A stretch of DNA of 64,000 bases from Camelus dromedarius. Taxonomy: Eukaryota. The position numbers and the translations under genes are program-made. A model generated the notes under the pieces. That model was not told the origin of the DNA. It was given only the letters and a program-made list of their open reading frames with translations, and did no database searches. Location: the NCBI RefSeq assembly GCF_036321535.1, contig NC_087436.1:80726001-80790000 (forward strand), given 5' to 3'. Positions 23,581 to 37,460 of this stretch are shown in pieces (position 1 is the first letter of the stretch; every line of letters starts with the position of its first letter).

Positions 23581-24994
23581 GATGTGTTAAACAAAATAAA
23601 TATTTTCTATTATACTATAATTATTAAAATCAATGGTGCTACTTAATATAATCTCTTAGAATCCTCAGTTATTTATTTTTATAAGATTAATATAAAGATA
23701 CAACAGGTAATCCCAATTTTCTCTCAAAACTTAGGTTGGGGTGGATTTTCTCCGTAAGTTATTAATTTTTTCTTGTTTTTTTTTTTAATGCTATCCTACT
23801 TTTAGAATGGCTTTAATAAATGTTCCACTTATCATCAGAACAAGACTCTTACAGTTGCTGCCTTTCAATTCCCTTCTCTTAATGAGAAAACAAAGCTGAA
23901 ATGGATTGTTTATGGAAACATTCACAACAAGGTCTTAGGATGGTGGCTGTCATGCTACCATTGAGTGTAATATTCTAAAAGTGAATACAAGTCTGCTATC
24001 ACAACCAAGGCACAATTTACATTTCAAAGCCCTTTTATGAGTTCCATAGAATTACAAAGACTGCATCATATTCTGTTCAAAGATGCACTGAAATGCTATG
24101 AAGAAATTTCTTGAGGACTGCAGTTTGAAGCATTTTGAAGAGCTTTTCCTTAAATTCTCTACATATTTTTGTAAGACTAGAGAGAATACTAATTTCACTG
24201 CGTGTGACATACTTGATACTTGAAAAACAGAAATATACAATGTTTCTCATGCACAACTTTGATGATACTTGACACCCAGTGTTTCCAGTTATTATGTCTC
24301 TTAGCATCAATGATCTATAAACATATGTATAGTTTGGAATTTTCTCTATCTGTATTTGTATAATTTTCTTTCAAGTTTTTCTTTAGTTTGTGGTACTTTT
24401 TCTCAGGCTGATCATCATTTCCTATCACTTGGTCCAGCCAGAGTCTACTCAGTATTGATTCTAGTCATCTCTTCTTTAGCTTTCTAGTCCCACCTCTGAA
24501 ATAGTTAAAAGAGCTCATCACTCTTGCAGCAGTGATTACTGCCCTAGTTCTAACTAATTCCAGTCATGCTTATTCTTTGATAACTGTGAAATCTCAAGTG
24601 AAATATCCCCGTTAAGCCTGACAATGTCCTTCATGACATCACCAGGATTAGGGATCAAAGAGAAAGATTCTGATCATCAGTGTTCTTGTCTGACTTTTAC
24701 AATATAATTGACATGAGACGATTTCTCATGTCTGGGATTTCAGTTCACTTTTTCTGCATGACTTCCAGTAAAAACTTTTGAGGAGGTGACAATGAGTTAG
24801 CAACTATATTTTTAGTTATTATCCAAGAGTTAGCTTCTCCGCCACCTGGCCCATATAAGAAGAATACATTGCCCCCAACCCACCCATTTTGCTCCAGGTA
24901 CTGGTAAGATCAATGCATTTTAATGCATGTATGCTACTCATTGATTCATGGCTTACTCATATGTCAGAAATAAGTTGATATTCTCCAGAGGCTG

Positions 24995-25200
24995 TACCAT
25001 ACAGTAGAAAAGGCCCAGATATTCAAATCACTTATTGTTAGTATGGGTTTTAACTATTACTTTGCATTTCAGTTTTTTTCATATTTAAGATGAGAATGTT
25101 TTCCTCACAGGTTTGTTGTGTTAAATGGGATGCTAAATGTAAAGTACGTAGTACAGTACTTGGGACAGAAAAATTCTTGACTAAAGGGTATTACTACTGG
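24995..25200 (+). mobile_element. MIR
   Basis: TTTCAGTTTTTTTCATATTTAAGATGAG...CCTCACAGGTTTGTTGTG...ATGTAAAGTACGTAGTACAGTACTTGG. Confidence 0.7.
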
Positions 25201-25204
25201 CTTG

Positions 25205-25270
25205 ATGTTGTGGTCTATTATCATCATCAAGTATCATTATCACCACCACCACTACCACCATCATCACCCA
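25205..25270. repeat. Imperfect (CAT/CAC)n repeat
   Basis: Read directly from the sequence. Confidence 0.8.
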
Positions 25271-25504
25271 TGTCTGGGAAGGACTGTTCCTCTACCATTC
25301 TTCCCACAGGAAAAACCTAACACAATAATAAAACCCCAAGTGGTTTTAATGGATCTCAAAAAAGGCTTTAGTCTCAGCTGTCTGGATCTCTTGAAACATG
25401 GCCTGAGAAGAGTAGTAGGTGCAGAAATCTTCACTAGAGCTGTCTTTCTTTATTTTATTTATCCCAAGGACCTTGCCATCTAGAAGCTGGTAGGTGGTGT
25501 TCAT

Positions 25505-25529
25505 CACACACACACACACACACACACAC
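25505..25529. repeat. (CA)n microsatellite
   Basis: Read directly from the sequence. Confidence 0.95.
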
Positions 25530-25799
25530 CTTCTTGATCTGTTGTTTAAAGTTGAACTTGTGCCCCTGAGAATCTCTCCTGCTACAGACAATGTTTAGAA
25601 TCTGTCCTGAAGTACTGGCTTCAATCCTGGAGAAAATAACTTTGCAGTTCAGAAACAATGGTCTAAATCATACATCTGTATGTCCTAAATTATAAACTGA
25701 TCTGTCTGTTGGAGGGCCATGCGAGCTTCTGAGGAGATGTATTATTATTAAGCTCGCTCTGTTCTCATTGAAAATGGAAACTTTTCCAAACTATTTACA

Positions 25800-26190
25800 C
25801 AGGAAGATTAGACTGGTGTGATGGGTGTTTTGGAGGAAGACCACAGAGGTAATGTGCCATTTTCATCACATCATATCAGGAGTACCTACTGTCAACATGA
25901 CTTATTACTGTTGATGTGGACCTTGACTGTGTGTCTAAGGTATTATTTGTCAGGTTTCTCCCCTGTAAAATTGCTCTTTTTTCATCCCACCTTCCATGTG
26001 GTACTCTTTGAAGAAAGTTACTATGTGCAGTCTACACTTAAGGAGTGGAAAGTTATGCTTCACTACCTTGAGGGCAGAGTGTCTATGTATGTTATTTGGA
26101 ATTTTTCTACATGGGAGATTTCCCCCCATTCATTTATTTATTCAGTTGTTTATTCATATTGATATGGACTCATGGATATTATGTTATGTT
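25800..26190 (-). mobile_element. Ancient L1 3'UTR fragment (L1MC/MD-like)
   Basis: GGAAGACCACAGAGGTAATGTGCCATTTTCATCACATCATATCA...TGTCAGGTTTCTCC...GATATGGACTCATGGATATT. Confidence 0.75.
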
Positions 26191-28739
26191 TTTATGCTAT
26201 TGGGAAATAAAGACTCAAAAGAAAGCAGGAAAGAAGAAATTAAGAGATGCCTAGTTATTTCACTGAAAGTTTATTTTCATTTCGACTACGAGTGAGCAAA
26301 AATTCAGAACTATTCCCTTTTTTTCCCTACTAGTCAGGCTGATATATGTAGGCTATTTCCACAATTTTACAAAATGTAAAATATATGTATGGAGTTAGGA
26401 TTTGTATTTTAAAATAAAATATGTGTATCTGAGGGCTCTAACCTCCTTAGCCATTCTCTGTCAGAAAATGTTGAGAGCATAAGACTGAACAGAATATAGC
26501 AACATGTAATTTGTATCAGAACTTTTGATGTTATCCTAACAAAACCACTAAGAAGTTTTATATGTCACCAGGTAGAGTAGATATTTCAAAGTGGGGGCAA
26601 TTTACTTCACTATTCCTGAAATAAAAATCTAGTAATTGCTTCAGGATTTCCCTTTAAAGTTAATTTTGTTCTTAAAGGGGAGACTTATAGTTCTGATTTT
26701 ATATTTTCTATGTCAGATTGGGAATTTATGCTCTTCTGATTCCATGATAATGACCAATAGTAATTGTATTCATTCCCAAATCTGTTTATGCTGGTTAAAC
26801 TTGTGTTTTTAAATTCCAATCTTTAACTGAATATTACAAAAATCTGAGTGTATTAAAACAGTAGTTGTTCCTATGGAAACTGAACTTAATACTATGGAAA
26901 GACTTGTTAAATGTATTTTGCTGAATTAGGTAGAAATTTAAGCTGGGTAAAATACTAAGAGGACAATTGTAAATTGAATTTTTAATTCATGAATTGTAGA
27001 AATATTATCAATTCAGATTACTTAGCAAGTATTTAATTTTTTATTCTGTTTTAAAAAATTCAAATTGGAAATCATAGGCAGCACATTATAGAGGTAGTAA
27101 GACTACACAGCTTGTCTTGTGTGGGACTGTTTTATGGTTGGCAATTCCACGTCCTATTTGATTTAGCATTTTTACTAAAACTAAGTATTATCATTAACAG
27201 TTGCATTAAAGTAGGCCAGGGTGGGTTAGACCTCTATTTTGTATTGGAAGCTTCTGCCATGGCCTTTTTACTGGTATGTGAGATGCATGTGCTGTAAACA
27301 GAGATGACTTATTGGACAAATTTTGTCTTAGATAAATATTAACTGAAGAAATGTATCCTGAATGTAGGCAAAAGAGCAATACTTTGAAAATATTGTGTTG
27401 AAATATTTACAAATTTCAAAATGAAAAAATCACTGTCTGTAGAAAGAGTATTTTTTAATTTAAAAAATGTTATGCCTACACAGAAAAGTTCATTGACAGT
27501 GTTAATATTTTAAAATTTATTGACTATAAAATGCAACTTTGAAGATGATTGTAGGCAGTTTTGTGGGAAAAAAACACAGTAAAACAAACAAATCAGTAAA
27601 ACCATATTAGAAAAAATTACATCAGTTAGAAAAATACCATGACCCAGGATTAGACAGATATGGCTAAGAAACTGATTAAAACATGTGAATGCATATCAAG
27701 ACTACTTAATTATTCTGCTTATTGTATTTTTAAATATTCAGAAAATTAATATGAAGATTTAAAAACATTTGTTTTAACATTTGTGCACATACATTATTTT
27801 TAGCAAGAGATAAATTTTTAAAATAAAGCTATTTGTCTGTCAATAAGTAAATATTTGAAAAAAAACTATCCAGCTTTAATTACTTTAGTAAACTCTTTCA
27901 CTCTCAAAGAGTCTACGTTTGGATGATAAACTATATGGTTAACCACAATACTGATGTGGAACTCTAGTAAGTGATTCCATAATCAATGATCCCTTGGTCT
28001 TCATTTTACAGATTGGTGAAAAATTGTACAATTCCATTCCTAAGCAAATATACAGTGGTTAACGTATCTATACATCCTTTTTTTTTTGCCTGTAATTATC
28101 TGTTTCATTAATTTACAGGCTCAGTTGGGATTAGTTTCAGTTGTGCAGAACAAAATCAGACAGAAGAAAATAGATGGACATTTATTTCAATCTCAATATA
28201 AAAAGTAGTATGTGGAGAAGCTAGAATTTGATCCAGAATCCATGTTCTTATTCACTGTACGGTGTATCGTAGTTCCAGTGCATTTAATTGTAAGTAACTG
28301 TGAGACATGTTATCACACATACAAAATTAGTCTTTGATGGTGACATATATAGTTGTGTTTGAGCTTCTTTTCTTTTCAAAATAGCCTGAATTCTTTTGGA
28401 TAAGTTAGATACATGCTCTACTTTCATAGTGTTAATTTAAGTAAGTATTATTGAATACTTAATATATCAAAAGTAATCCATGAGTTGTAGTGGGATATAA
28501 AATGAATAAAGTATGATTTCTGTCTCTAAGTATCTTAGATTACAGTAAGCTTAAAGATAATCATCATCATTTAAGCCTGGGACATAATTTTATTGTATAA
28601 GTTGAATAAATTTCAAGAAACTTCTGGATCTATTGGCCAGTAATTCTCCTAGGGAGCAAACATCAATTACATAAAAATTAAAAAATTTCCAATAGTGTAT
28701 GCCCTTTTTTACATTTAAAATAAAATCCCAGTTCAAGTT

Positions 28740-29235
28740 TATTTAATAAATATGCTGTCCTAACTGGCACACTGGAAGAAAACAAAGATAGACCCTTTCA
28801 TCACATCATGTATTAAAGTAAATTCCAGATGGACCAAAATTTTAAAAAAAGAAAATATTGAAAAAAAAAAAAACCCCAAGAAGGGGGAGGGTATAGCTCA
28901 GTGCCTGCCTAGCATGCACAAAGTCCTGGGTTCAATCTCTAGTACCTCCAATAAAAATAAATAAACCAACCAACCAACCAACCTAACTATCCTCCTCCAA
29001 ACAAAAACAAAACAAAACAAAATGAAATGAAAACAGGGAGCACAGCTGAAAACAAGATAGGAAACTTAGGAGCATAAAGGAAAAGGCAAATATAATTCAC
29101 CATGTAAACATAAATATAACTTAGTATGACAAAAGACACCAGGAATGAAGTCAAAGCATGAATAATGTGAAAGAGCAATAGTGGAAATCACAGATCAAAG
29201 GTTATATCTGCAATATAAAAAGATTCCTACAAATT
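28740..29235 (+). mobile_element. Ancient L1 ORF2 fragment interrupted by a SINE
   Basis: GACCCTTTCATCACATCATGTATTAAAGTAAATTCCAGATGGA resembles the [11 protein letters not shown] region. Confidence 0.55.
28883..29034 (+). mobile_element. Camelid tRNA-derived SINE (Vic-1 type)
   Basis: GGGGGAGGGTATAGCTCAGTG...CCTGGGTTCAATCTCTAGTACCTCC with an (AAAAC)n tail. Short deletion just after the A box relative to the other two copies. Confidence 0.9.
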
Positions 29236-32049
29236 GTTGTATGTATAAGTGCTCTTCTGCACTATACAATTAACATGTGCAGATTCCTTGCTCAATTAGC
29301 TCGATTTGGGTTGAGGGTGTCTATCTCTGTACATACAGAGCGGGTTAGCTTCCTATCAAGGCAAAATACCAGGTATGCTGGCACTTTTTTTTTTTTGCAA
29401 TGTAGTGAATAGTTTACCTCCTTTATCTCTGATATCTAAAGCATGTATTGTGAACCTCAGCTAATATCACAGACTAGATGCCATACATACGCAGTGAGAG
29501 AAAACAATTTATGCTGACCATCAAGCTGCTTTGAGTAAAGTTCTCTTAAGACATCTGATATTTGAGAAGTTTTTTCCATTCTTTGGTGGAGTCATCAGGG
29601 AACAGCGTTTCTAGGCCACAGTATCTCATCCTAGTATCCTTTTATGTTTTGCTCTGACTTTATTGGGAGAGTCTGTAATTGAAACCTGCATGTGAGTGCC
29701 ATTTCTGTGCCTTTTATAAGGTTGTAATTGATGAAATGACACAGTTTTACAGTGTTAGTCAGGCTGTGATAGTCCAAAGATGAGTTAATTTCTGTTTAAG
29801 TTTATTCTCAGGAATAAGGTTGCTTTTGCTGGTGAATTTATTTTTCTTTTAAAACTTACTCTCACCAGGAAACTTTTTAAAAAAAGAAATCAAATACAGT
29901 GTCCCAATGAAGCAATTAGTTTCTTTTGGAAATCCTGTAACAGCTAATCCCATTTATCTTTTCAGATGGTCAACCATCTGCTTTGAACTTTTTAAAACTA
30001 TAATTCTCAAGTTTTACAATGTTTTTAATTTATAAAGTCATGTAAGTCATTTTGGAAGCAGAAAACACAAATCCTTCATTTTATATGCAACAAAACTGAG
30101 GCTCAGAAATGCTAATTGGCTGGTCTAGTCTACTGTTAATTTATATTTGAACCAGGGCTAAGGACCTCCTCCCTGGACTATCAGTATAGGACATACCCCA
30201 AGTTTCTCTCTAACTTTCTGACTGAGGTTTCATGAGACATTATTCTTCCAGAATCAGACAATTGTAGATTCTAAGGTTTGACAGCAAATCTCAATTTCTA
30301 AATGGGTCTTAGAAGGCAGCTTTAATTTTTAAAAGGCAGTTCCTAATGTGGTTTAATGCTTTTCTAAAGGTATATATTAAGAGCAAGTAAAAATATATTT
30401 TGACTTCTGATTATATTTTTATGACTTGACTTCAGAAGACTTAAATGTAATATATGCTTATAAATGATATATATAGAATGTCACATATTTCTCCTAAAGT
30501 AACTTATCAATCCTAGTTTGTAAGAAAAAACACCTTTCGATATAACTCTGGTTATAACCAGAAGAATATATTTTAGGGTTTTTCTTTGTAACCTCTTCAG
30601 TTTCATCTCCATTTGATTCTCAGCCTAAGAATTCTTAAATGTGGCAGGTGTCTCCAGATTTTCATAATACTCTACTCAAAACAACCAATTTTCTATGATT
30701 TCCTTTTTTAATGGTACTGCATACCATGTGACCTAACCCTTGATATCTGGATTACTAGTCTCCCAAAGGCTGCCTGCAGCATTCAGGCATTTGCCAAGTC
30801 AAAAAACTGTTTCTATCTGAGGGCTGCACAAAAGGAAGTCCTGCCTGTTCCTAGCTGCCAGTCTGATGGACCATTTCTCACCCATCCTCTCTACTGCAGA
30901 TGAAGGATGTGAACAGCTGCACTGTTGGTTTTCCCTAAAGAATAAAAAAAGGACTTTTCAATTAAAGCACATCACCAGCCATGCTGAAATAAACATTTTT
31001 GAAAAAACAGAAGCTAAAATTATTGGAGGTATCTTTTTATTTATATTGATTCTCTTGAAGATACTGGAAACTATGTGCAGAAGAATTGAGCTAGGGTGAG
31101 CAGTGATGAAACACTGCCAAGTTTGTAGTGAATCATCATAACCACCACCAACACATGTTTCCTAGAGCTTCCCACAAGTCTGGATGGCACTAAGGTTGTT
31201 GCTATGGATTTAGTGTTTTAGTTTTATACTGTTGTGCAGGATTATGGGTGACAGCAGGTCACAGGTTTGTGGCAGGAAGAGTGGCTGCCTCTCCACTCCC
31301 AACCCAGTACAAGTGGTAGGTTTTTCAGCTGTGGGACAAATAACAAAGGTGATCAGAATGTCTTGCCTTTTTATTTGCTTTTTTTTGGTTCCAAAAGATA
31401 GAAGCTGTCTGTAGTTCTGCTCAGTATTTCAAAAAGATCATTTAGGTGAGAGGATGTGTAGTTAATAGATCTTAGAAAAAAGTTGAACATTAAAAATCAT
31501 TAGGGATAAAGATTAACAAGCAAGATTACAGAATTAGGCAAATAGCAGGAGTAAGAAAAAAAATAAGTGATCCTGACTTCAGGTGGGCAGATTAAATTTG
31601 GAGGGTCTCAGAAGTGAACAATATTTAGGCAGGTTAGGTAGGTCCAGGCAGTGAACATCCAAATTTGGGCATGTGACCTGAAGCACCGATTCTGTGACAT
31701 AGATATTCCAAATATTCTTGCCAAAAGGGAGACCAGTATGATAGCCAAGAGACAGAGGTATAGGAAAGGTGGAGGTTGAAGTGAAGAAGGTTTTCATGAG
31801 ACCAGAATCAGCCAGTGTATCAGAGACAAGAGGGACTTTAATAATGTTATAAAATACTACCCCAGAAATACCCCAGAAAGAACTCTTCTTTTGTTCTTTC
31901 AGCCATGAGACTAAGTCTAGATTTCTAGGAGTGGGGACTCAACTGGTTACTGCAATGCTACACCTCACTCCTCACAATGCCTTGAAAGTTTATTTTATGT
32001 TACAGAGATATCAAGTTCTCCATAAACATTATTAGGTAACTTCTCTTTA

Positions 32050-33010
32050 TCATTCATTATGGAAAATTTAAAATAAAAACAGAAGAGAGAATAGTATTAA
32101 GACCCATCAGCTGGCTTCAACAATTATCAACATACGGCCAATTTTATCTCAACTATAATCTTTTTATTCTCCCCCCAATCCCAGTGGATTATGTTGAAGC
32201 AAACCTCAAATAGCCTATTATTTTACCTGCTAAAATTCAGTATGTGTTGTAAAGAATAAGGACTATTTGTAACATCATTTCACCCCCCAAGAATTAACAG
32301 TCATTTCTTAATATCACCAAATATTCACTCAATATCCAAATTTCCCTGATTATTGCTTAAATTTCTGTTGATAGTTGGTATTTGAATCAGGTCCCAAACA
32401 AGGTCCATATTAAGCGCACATACAAAGCATTTAAAGAGAACAATAAGGCTCTTTAATAACAGTTCCCTGTTTTCTTTTTTCTCCTTGCCATTTATTTGTT
32501 GAAGAAAACAGTTCACTTGCTTTTAGAATTTCCTACATCCTGGTTTTAGCAGATTGCATTCCAGGATGTGTCATTTACCATGTTCCTCTCGTTTCCTGGA
32601 TTTTCCATGAAAGGGCAGGTGGGTAGGGAAGCTTGACCAAATTCACGTTTACTTTTGTTGCAAGAACACTTCATTACTGGTACAATGTATTTCTTATTGA
32701 ATTGCACCAGGAGGCTCATAATGTCTTGTTATCTCTTACTGTGATAAGATTGACCTGTGGGTTCAGATATTGTCAGCTGATCTACTGTCATAATTTCCCC
32801 AACAGCCCTTTATCTAATTGTTTCAGCAGCCACTGATGATGGTTGCCTAGGGTCATTATTTCATTAGGGTTGCAAAAGGGTTATACTCTAATCATATCAT
32901 CCCATCTCTATTTATTGGCTAGAATTTATCCATAAAAACATTTTTATGGATTATTTCTATGTTCTAGGAAATAGTTTGTATAGCAAAGACAAGGCAAATG
33001 TTTGATTTTT
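32050..33010 (-). mobile_element. Ancient L1 3'UTR (L1MC-like)
   Basis: GCTTCAACAATTATCAAC, ATTTCTTAATATCACCAAATAT, TTTGAATCAGGTCCCAAACAAGGTCCA and TTATTTGTTGAAGAAA motifs. Confidence 0.75.
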
Positions 33011-33259
33011 TCTCTTCTTTATTTTTTCATTTTATTTATCTTGTTATAATTTTGAGGAAATTATTAATCTCTTATCCTAATATAGCTCAATAAGGTACAC
33101 ACAAACCAGAGAAATGTCATAATACAATGAGAAAACCAAGGACTCTAGACACATGGGAACCAAGGACCTTCATCTTGCCATTGTATCGTGTGTTGTGGTT
33201 GGTTTGTACCTGTGACATTTCCTTTTTTTTTTTTTTAATCTAAAAACTTTTAATCTAGA

Positions 33260-33960
33260 GAATCTATATATTATTTGCTTCCACAGAGTAGTTTGGAACC
33301 AGTAATATAATTTATCAAAATTTTTCATTCCTGTATTGAAACAATATAGAAACACTATATACAAAATAAAACACCATTTGAAAAAAAATTTTAACTGGTA
33401 ACAAATTTGGAAAATGTTTTTGAAACAGATGTAAGATCCAAAGGATTAAAATAATAACCAGATTATATTTTTGAAAAAAAATTTTAATAGAAAAAAATGG
33501 GACTATATAGATAATTCACAGTAGAAACAATTACCAAAAACTTACAAAAAGATGTTTAGCCTCACTGATAATTAAGAATATGCAAATAAAAACAATAAGA
33601 AAATATTTTTCAGTTAAAAGATTATCATAAACAACATCAAGTATTGCTGGAGAGGTAATGAAATGGATATACTCGTCCACTGATAAGAGTAACACTTGAA
33701 GGATAATTTCACAGTATCTGTCACATTTGCTTACTGCTTATTACACAGCAATTATACTTTTTTGTTAGCTACCCTAATGTTCAAGGAGACATAACAAGGT
33801 TGCTTATTACAGCCTTGCCTGTGACACCAATAATTTCAAAATTACTTTAATCTAGAGAATGGTTAAATATTAAACTATAGTACAACATTAACATGGAATA
33901 CTAAGTGCAAGTTAGATTAAGTCAGATCTTAGGTCCTAATACCTAAGTATTAATGTGGCA
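33260..33960 (+). mobile_element. Ancient L1 ORF2 3' remnant (L1ME-like)
   Basis: AAAAGATGTTTAGCCTCACTGATAATTAAGAATATGCAAATAAAAACAATAAGA resembles [17 protein letters not shown]. Confidence 0.7.
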
Positions 33961-34359
33961 GACATGTGACATTTCTGATACATGCAGTTCCTCTGTAGGA
34001 TAAAGAAATATATTTAATTATAAAGTCCACGTTTCTATAAAGAAATTTTTTTTTATTCCCCAAATTTCTGGGATTATCAGGACCCGTGTCTGCTGCCTTT
34101 ATTGATAATACATTCTTAGTTCTGATAAAATATTTGTAATCCCTCTTGCTGCTCATTCTATTTCCTGTCATTTTTGTTTATTATTGAAAAGTCCACTGAA
34201 TATCTGGCTCCATTTTATAGAAATAACTTCCCTATTTTCTGTCTTTTATCTCACCCTCTGACTTAACCAATCCAGTGATACAGCTTTCACTGAGTTATCA
34301 AACACTTACTTCTGACAGAATATGTATTTACCCACTATTTTTTCACATTGATTCCGCTT

Positions 34360-34640
34360 CCTAGTAGTTAAGAGAACTTGGGCAACTTACCTCTACAGCC
34401 TGAGTTTCCTCATTGTAAAACTGAGATCAATAAACCCAACTCCAGGGTGTTTTGAAGATTAGCAAAGATGATTTATGTGAAATTATCAATCATAGGACCA
34501 TTCTTACATTCTGATCCTGCTGAGTACTTACTGAGCTCTTTTTGTAGTAGCTGCTGTGCTGAGTGCCTTAAGGATATGCCACCTAAAACAGATGAGGGTC
34601 TTGTTCTCATAGAGCTTCAATCTAATGGTGAATACCAACA
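34360..34640. mobile_element. MIR (+) followed by a probable L2 fragment (-)
   Basis: AACTTGGGCAACTTACCTCT...GTTTCCTCATTGTAAAA, then CTTGTTCTCATAGAGCTTCAATCTA. Confidence 0.6.
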
Positions 34641-35891
34641 CCAAAATATACTTGCACTTATTCCATAGGTGCTCTGTAAATGATTGCTGAATTTGACCAT
34701 TTTGTCTTTTCTGTTGGTGATTTATTTCTTATCTTCCCACTTACTACAATCTGATATTTAGTTCTGGTTCACTGCTATTTCATCTTGGCTTTCTTTGCTG
34801 GGTTCCAAAGATTAATATAGTACCGAGTCTTACTGTAGATTATCTATGAAATATGTAAGTACTATGTTGGGAAGCAGGGAATTTCCATTTCATTCATACA
34901 CTCATCCATTTATCAAATACTCAGTGAGGCTAGAATATACAAAATGGTTTCAGAGAAGATAGAGATGCTCAGACCAGTTTCCTTTATAAGGCAACAAAAG
35001 AGAGTTAATCCGAATTAGATAATGCCACTTGTGTGTTTGACCATTATTGCCTGCAAATATTTGAGATGAAAGATTTGGATCGATATGTCTGATTTAATAC
35101 ACTAATAAGATACTAAACTTGAGATAGATTGGTCATATTTTTAAAAAATAATTTCCTTTAAAAATATAGGTAGAACTATGAGATAAAGAAATGAATAGGG
35201 AGTTTCACCTGCCAGAGCCGAACCATGACTTCTTTTTCTGTGCCTTTATAAGCAAAGTGGTGCAGTTTTTTCCAATCATTGTCCTCACCCTCACCCATAT
35301 TTCTTTTAAAATTGTTTTTCTATTAATTGGCAATCATGTCTTTAGCTTGCTTGCTCTGTGTACTTAGTAATATATTCTCTGTATTGACATGAGCCATTCT
35401 ACAACTTACAGTTTAAAATATCTAAATATGTGTGCATGTGTGTGGGTGTGTGTGTGTGTCCATGTGTGGTTAAGATACTCATTGAGATGATTCAGAAATC
35501 TAATTTCTGTTCAAAGGTGCTAGTTGGATTCAGGTCATATCTTTTAATTGAATTCTTAGCCTTATTACATTTTTTTTTTTTTTTTGTGGTGACCAAGGAA
35601 ACTATGTGTTCTCACTGATATTTTGGTTCTTTTACTCTTTTTCATTATTTGGTTACAATTTATTTCTTTTTAACTTTGTCATAGCTTTCTCATAACATTC
35701 TTTTAACATTTAGTTTCTAAGAGTGAGGGAGAATATCAAATATATTCTTTTTGTCAATTATTTTTCCCCTTTCCTGTTTGAAGGTTATACTTCCTGACCC
35801 CATTGATATCAGATTTGGTCAATTGACTTGCTAGGCCAATGGAACGTGATTGGAAGTAACATTTAAGAGCCATCATGTGGTTTTGCCGTTA

Positions 35892-36648
35892 CAGGCATAC
35901 CTGTTTACTATGCTTCACTTTATTGCACTTTTTACAAATTGAGGATTTGTGGCAACCCTGTGTTGATCAAGCCTCTCAGCACTGCTTTTCCAATAGCATT
36001 TGCTCACTTTGTGTCTCTGTGTTACATTTTGGTAATTCTCAAAATATGTCAAGCTTTTTCATCATTGTTATTATGTTTGTTACGGTGATCTGTGATCAGT
36101 GATCTTTGATTTTACTGCTAGGACTCACTGAAGTCTCATGATCGTTAGCATTTTTTAGCAATAAAGTGTTTTAAAATTAAGGTGTGTACATTGTTTTTTT
36201 AGATATAATGCTATTGCACACTAAATAGGTTACAGTATAATATAAACATAACTTTTTTTTTACATTTTTAATTGGGTTACAGTCATTTTACAATGTTGTG
36301 TCAATTTCCAGTGTAGAGCACAATTTTTCAGTTATACGTGAACATACATATATTCATTGTCACATTCTTTTTCACTGTGAGCTACCACAAGATCTTGTAT
36401 ATATTTCCCTGTGCTATACAGTATAATCTTGTTTATCTATTCTACAAATTTTGAACTCCCAGTCTGTCCTTTCCCACCCCCCTCCTCCTTGGCAACCACA
36501 AGTTTGTATTCTATGTTTGTGAGTCTGTATAAACATAACTTTTATATGCACTGGGAAACCAAAAGATTTGTGTGACTCACTTTATTGAGATACTTGCCTT
36601 ATCATGGAGTTCTGGAACTGAACCTGCAATATTGCAGAGGTATACCTG
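35892..36648. mobile_element. Tigger1-derived non-autonomous element containing an L1 stub
   Basis: TA|CAGGCATACCT...AGGTATACCTG|TA: terminal inverted repeats with a TA target duplication. Confidence 0.9.
36257..36527 (-). mobile_element. Young L1 3' stub
   Basis: Close match to the L1 3' ends at about 15790 and 52630. 16-bp TSD TATAAACATAACTTTT (36241-36256, 36528-36543). Confidence 0.95.
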
Positions 36649-36859
36649 TATTCTTTTTCTTCTGCTGTGATATCAAAATAAGGGCTACTCCTTCAGCCTG
36701 GGTCCCAGCGGGAACTGAGGCTGACACAGTCATAAATGGCATTATTATTTAAAAAGCTCAAGATTTTCAGGGTCATTTGTTACTGCCATATGTAACTAAG
36801 CTGAGTAATACAGAGGAACATGATTGTTTCATTACTGTTAAGAGGCAGGGGGATAAACT

Positions 36860-37020
36860 ATTACTGTAACATAGAGGACAGAGAATATGTTTTGGAGTTA
36901 GAGAGTTATGGGTTGGCCCAGGATTGAGTTTTATTAGTTGTGAACACTTGGTATAGTTATTAAACTATTTGAACTTCAGTTTTTTTCACATGTAACTTAC
37001 AACTTCGCCGTGACGATTAA
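36860..37020 (+). mobile_element. MIR
   Basis: TTATTAGTTGTGAACACTTGG...TATTAAACTATTTGAACTTCAGTTT. Confidence 0.55.
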
Positions 37021-37024
37021 GTAA

Positions 37025-37460
37025 CTGTTGTAACTAATAATCAAATGCAAGATTGCATAATGACTCAAAGTTTATACAAGTTTATTTCTCACTCACCTAA
37101 ACTGCAACAAGCACGGTCCTGATTGTCAGATGTTTTCTTCTCCAAGCAAGACTCGGGGACCTGGCTCTTCCCTTCCATTTTGTGGCTCTGCTATCCACAA
37201 TACATGGTGTGCAGGTTGCCTGGGAACTGTTCTCTATTCCAGTCGTCCAGGAGGGCAAAGGAGCATGGAGGACCTCGAGAGGGAGGTTTTCATGGGCTAG
37301 GCACAGAAGTGCCACCCACTGCTTCTGCTCATTCTCCAATGGTTAGAATCTGCTTGCATGGTCACACCCAAGTACAGTCTAGGTTAGAAATATAGTCAGC
37401 TGTCTGCTTAAGAAGAAAAGGAAATAGATTCGATGAACAGTTAGCAGTTTCTTCCACACT
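37025..37460 (-). mobile_element. Old MaLR LTR (MLT1J/K-like)
   Basis: TTTATTTCTCACTCAC, TCTTCCCTTCCATTTTGTGGCTCTG and CTTCTGCTCATTCTCCAATGG motifs. Confidence 0.7.

Larger units (their letters stand above)
35780..36812 (+). mobile_element. Old MaLR LTR (MLT1I/J-like), host of the Tigger insertion
   Basis: TGACTTGCTAGGCCAATGGAACGTGA before the Tigger; CCTTCAGCCTGGGTCCCAG...TTTGTTACTGC...CTGAGTAATACA after it. Confidence 0.7.

Noticed and set aside
25202..25483. ORF with a poly-His tract
   Set aside because: Translation of a (CAT/CAC)n microsatellite next to a MIR; no splice or homology support.
30547..30562. Perfect 16-bp palindrome TCTGGTTATAACCAGA
   Set aside because: About one is expected per 4^8 (roughly 65 kb) positions by chance.
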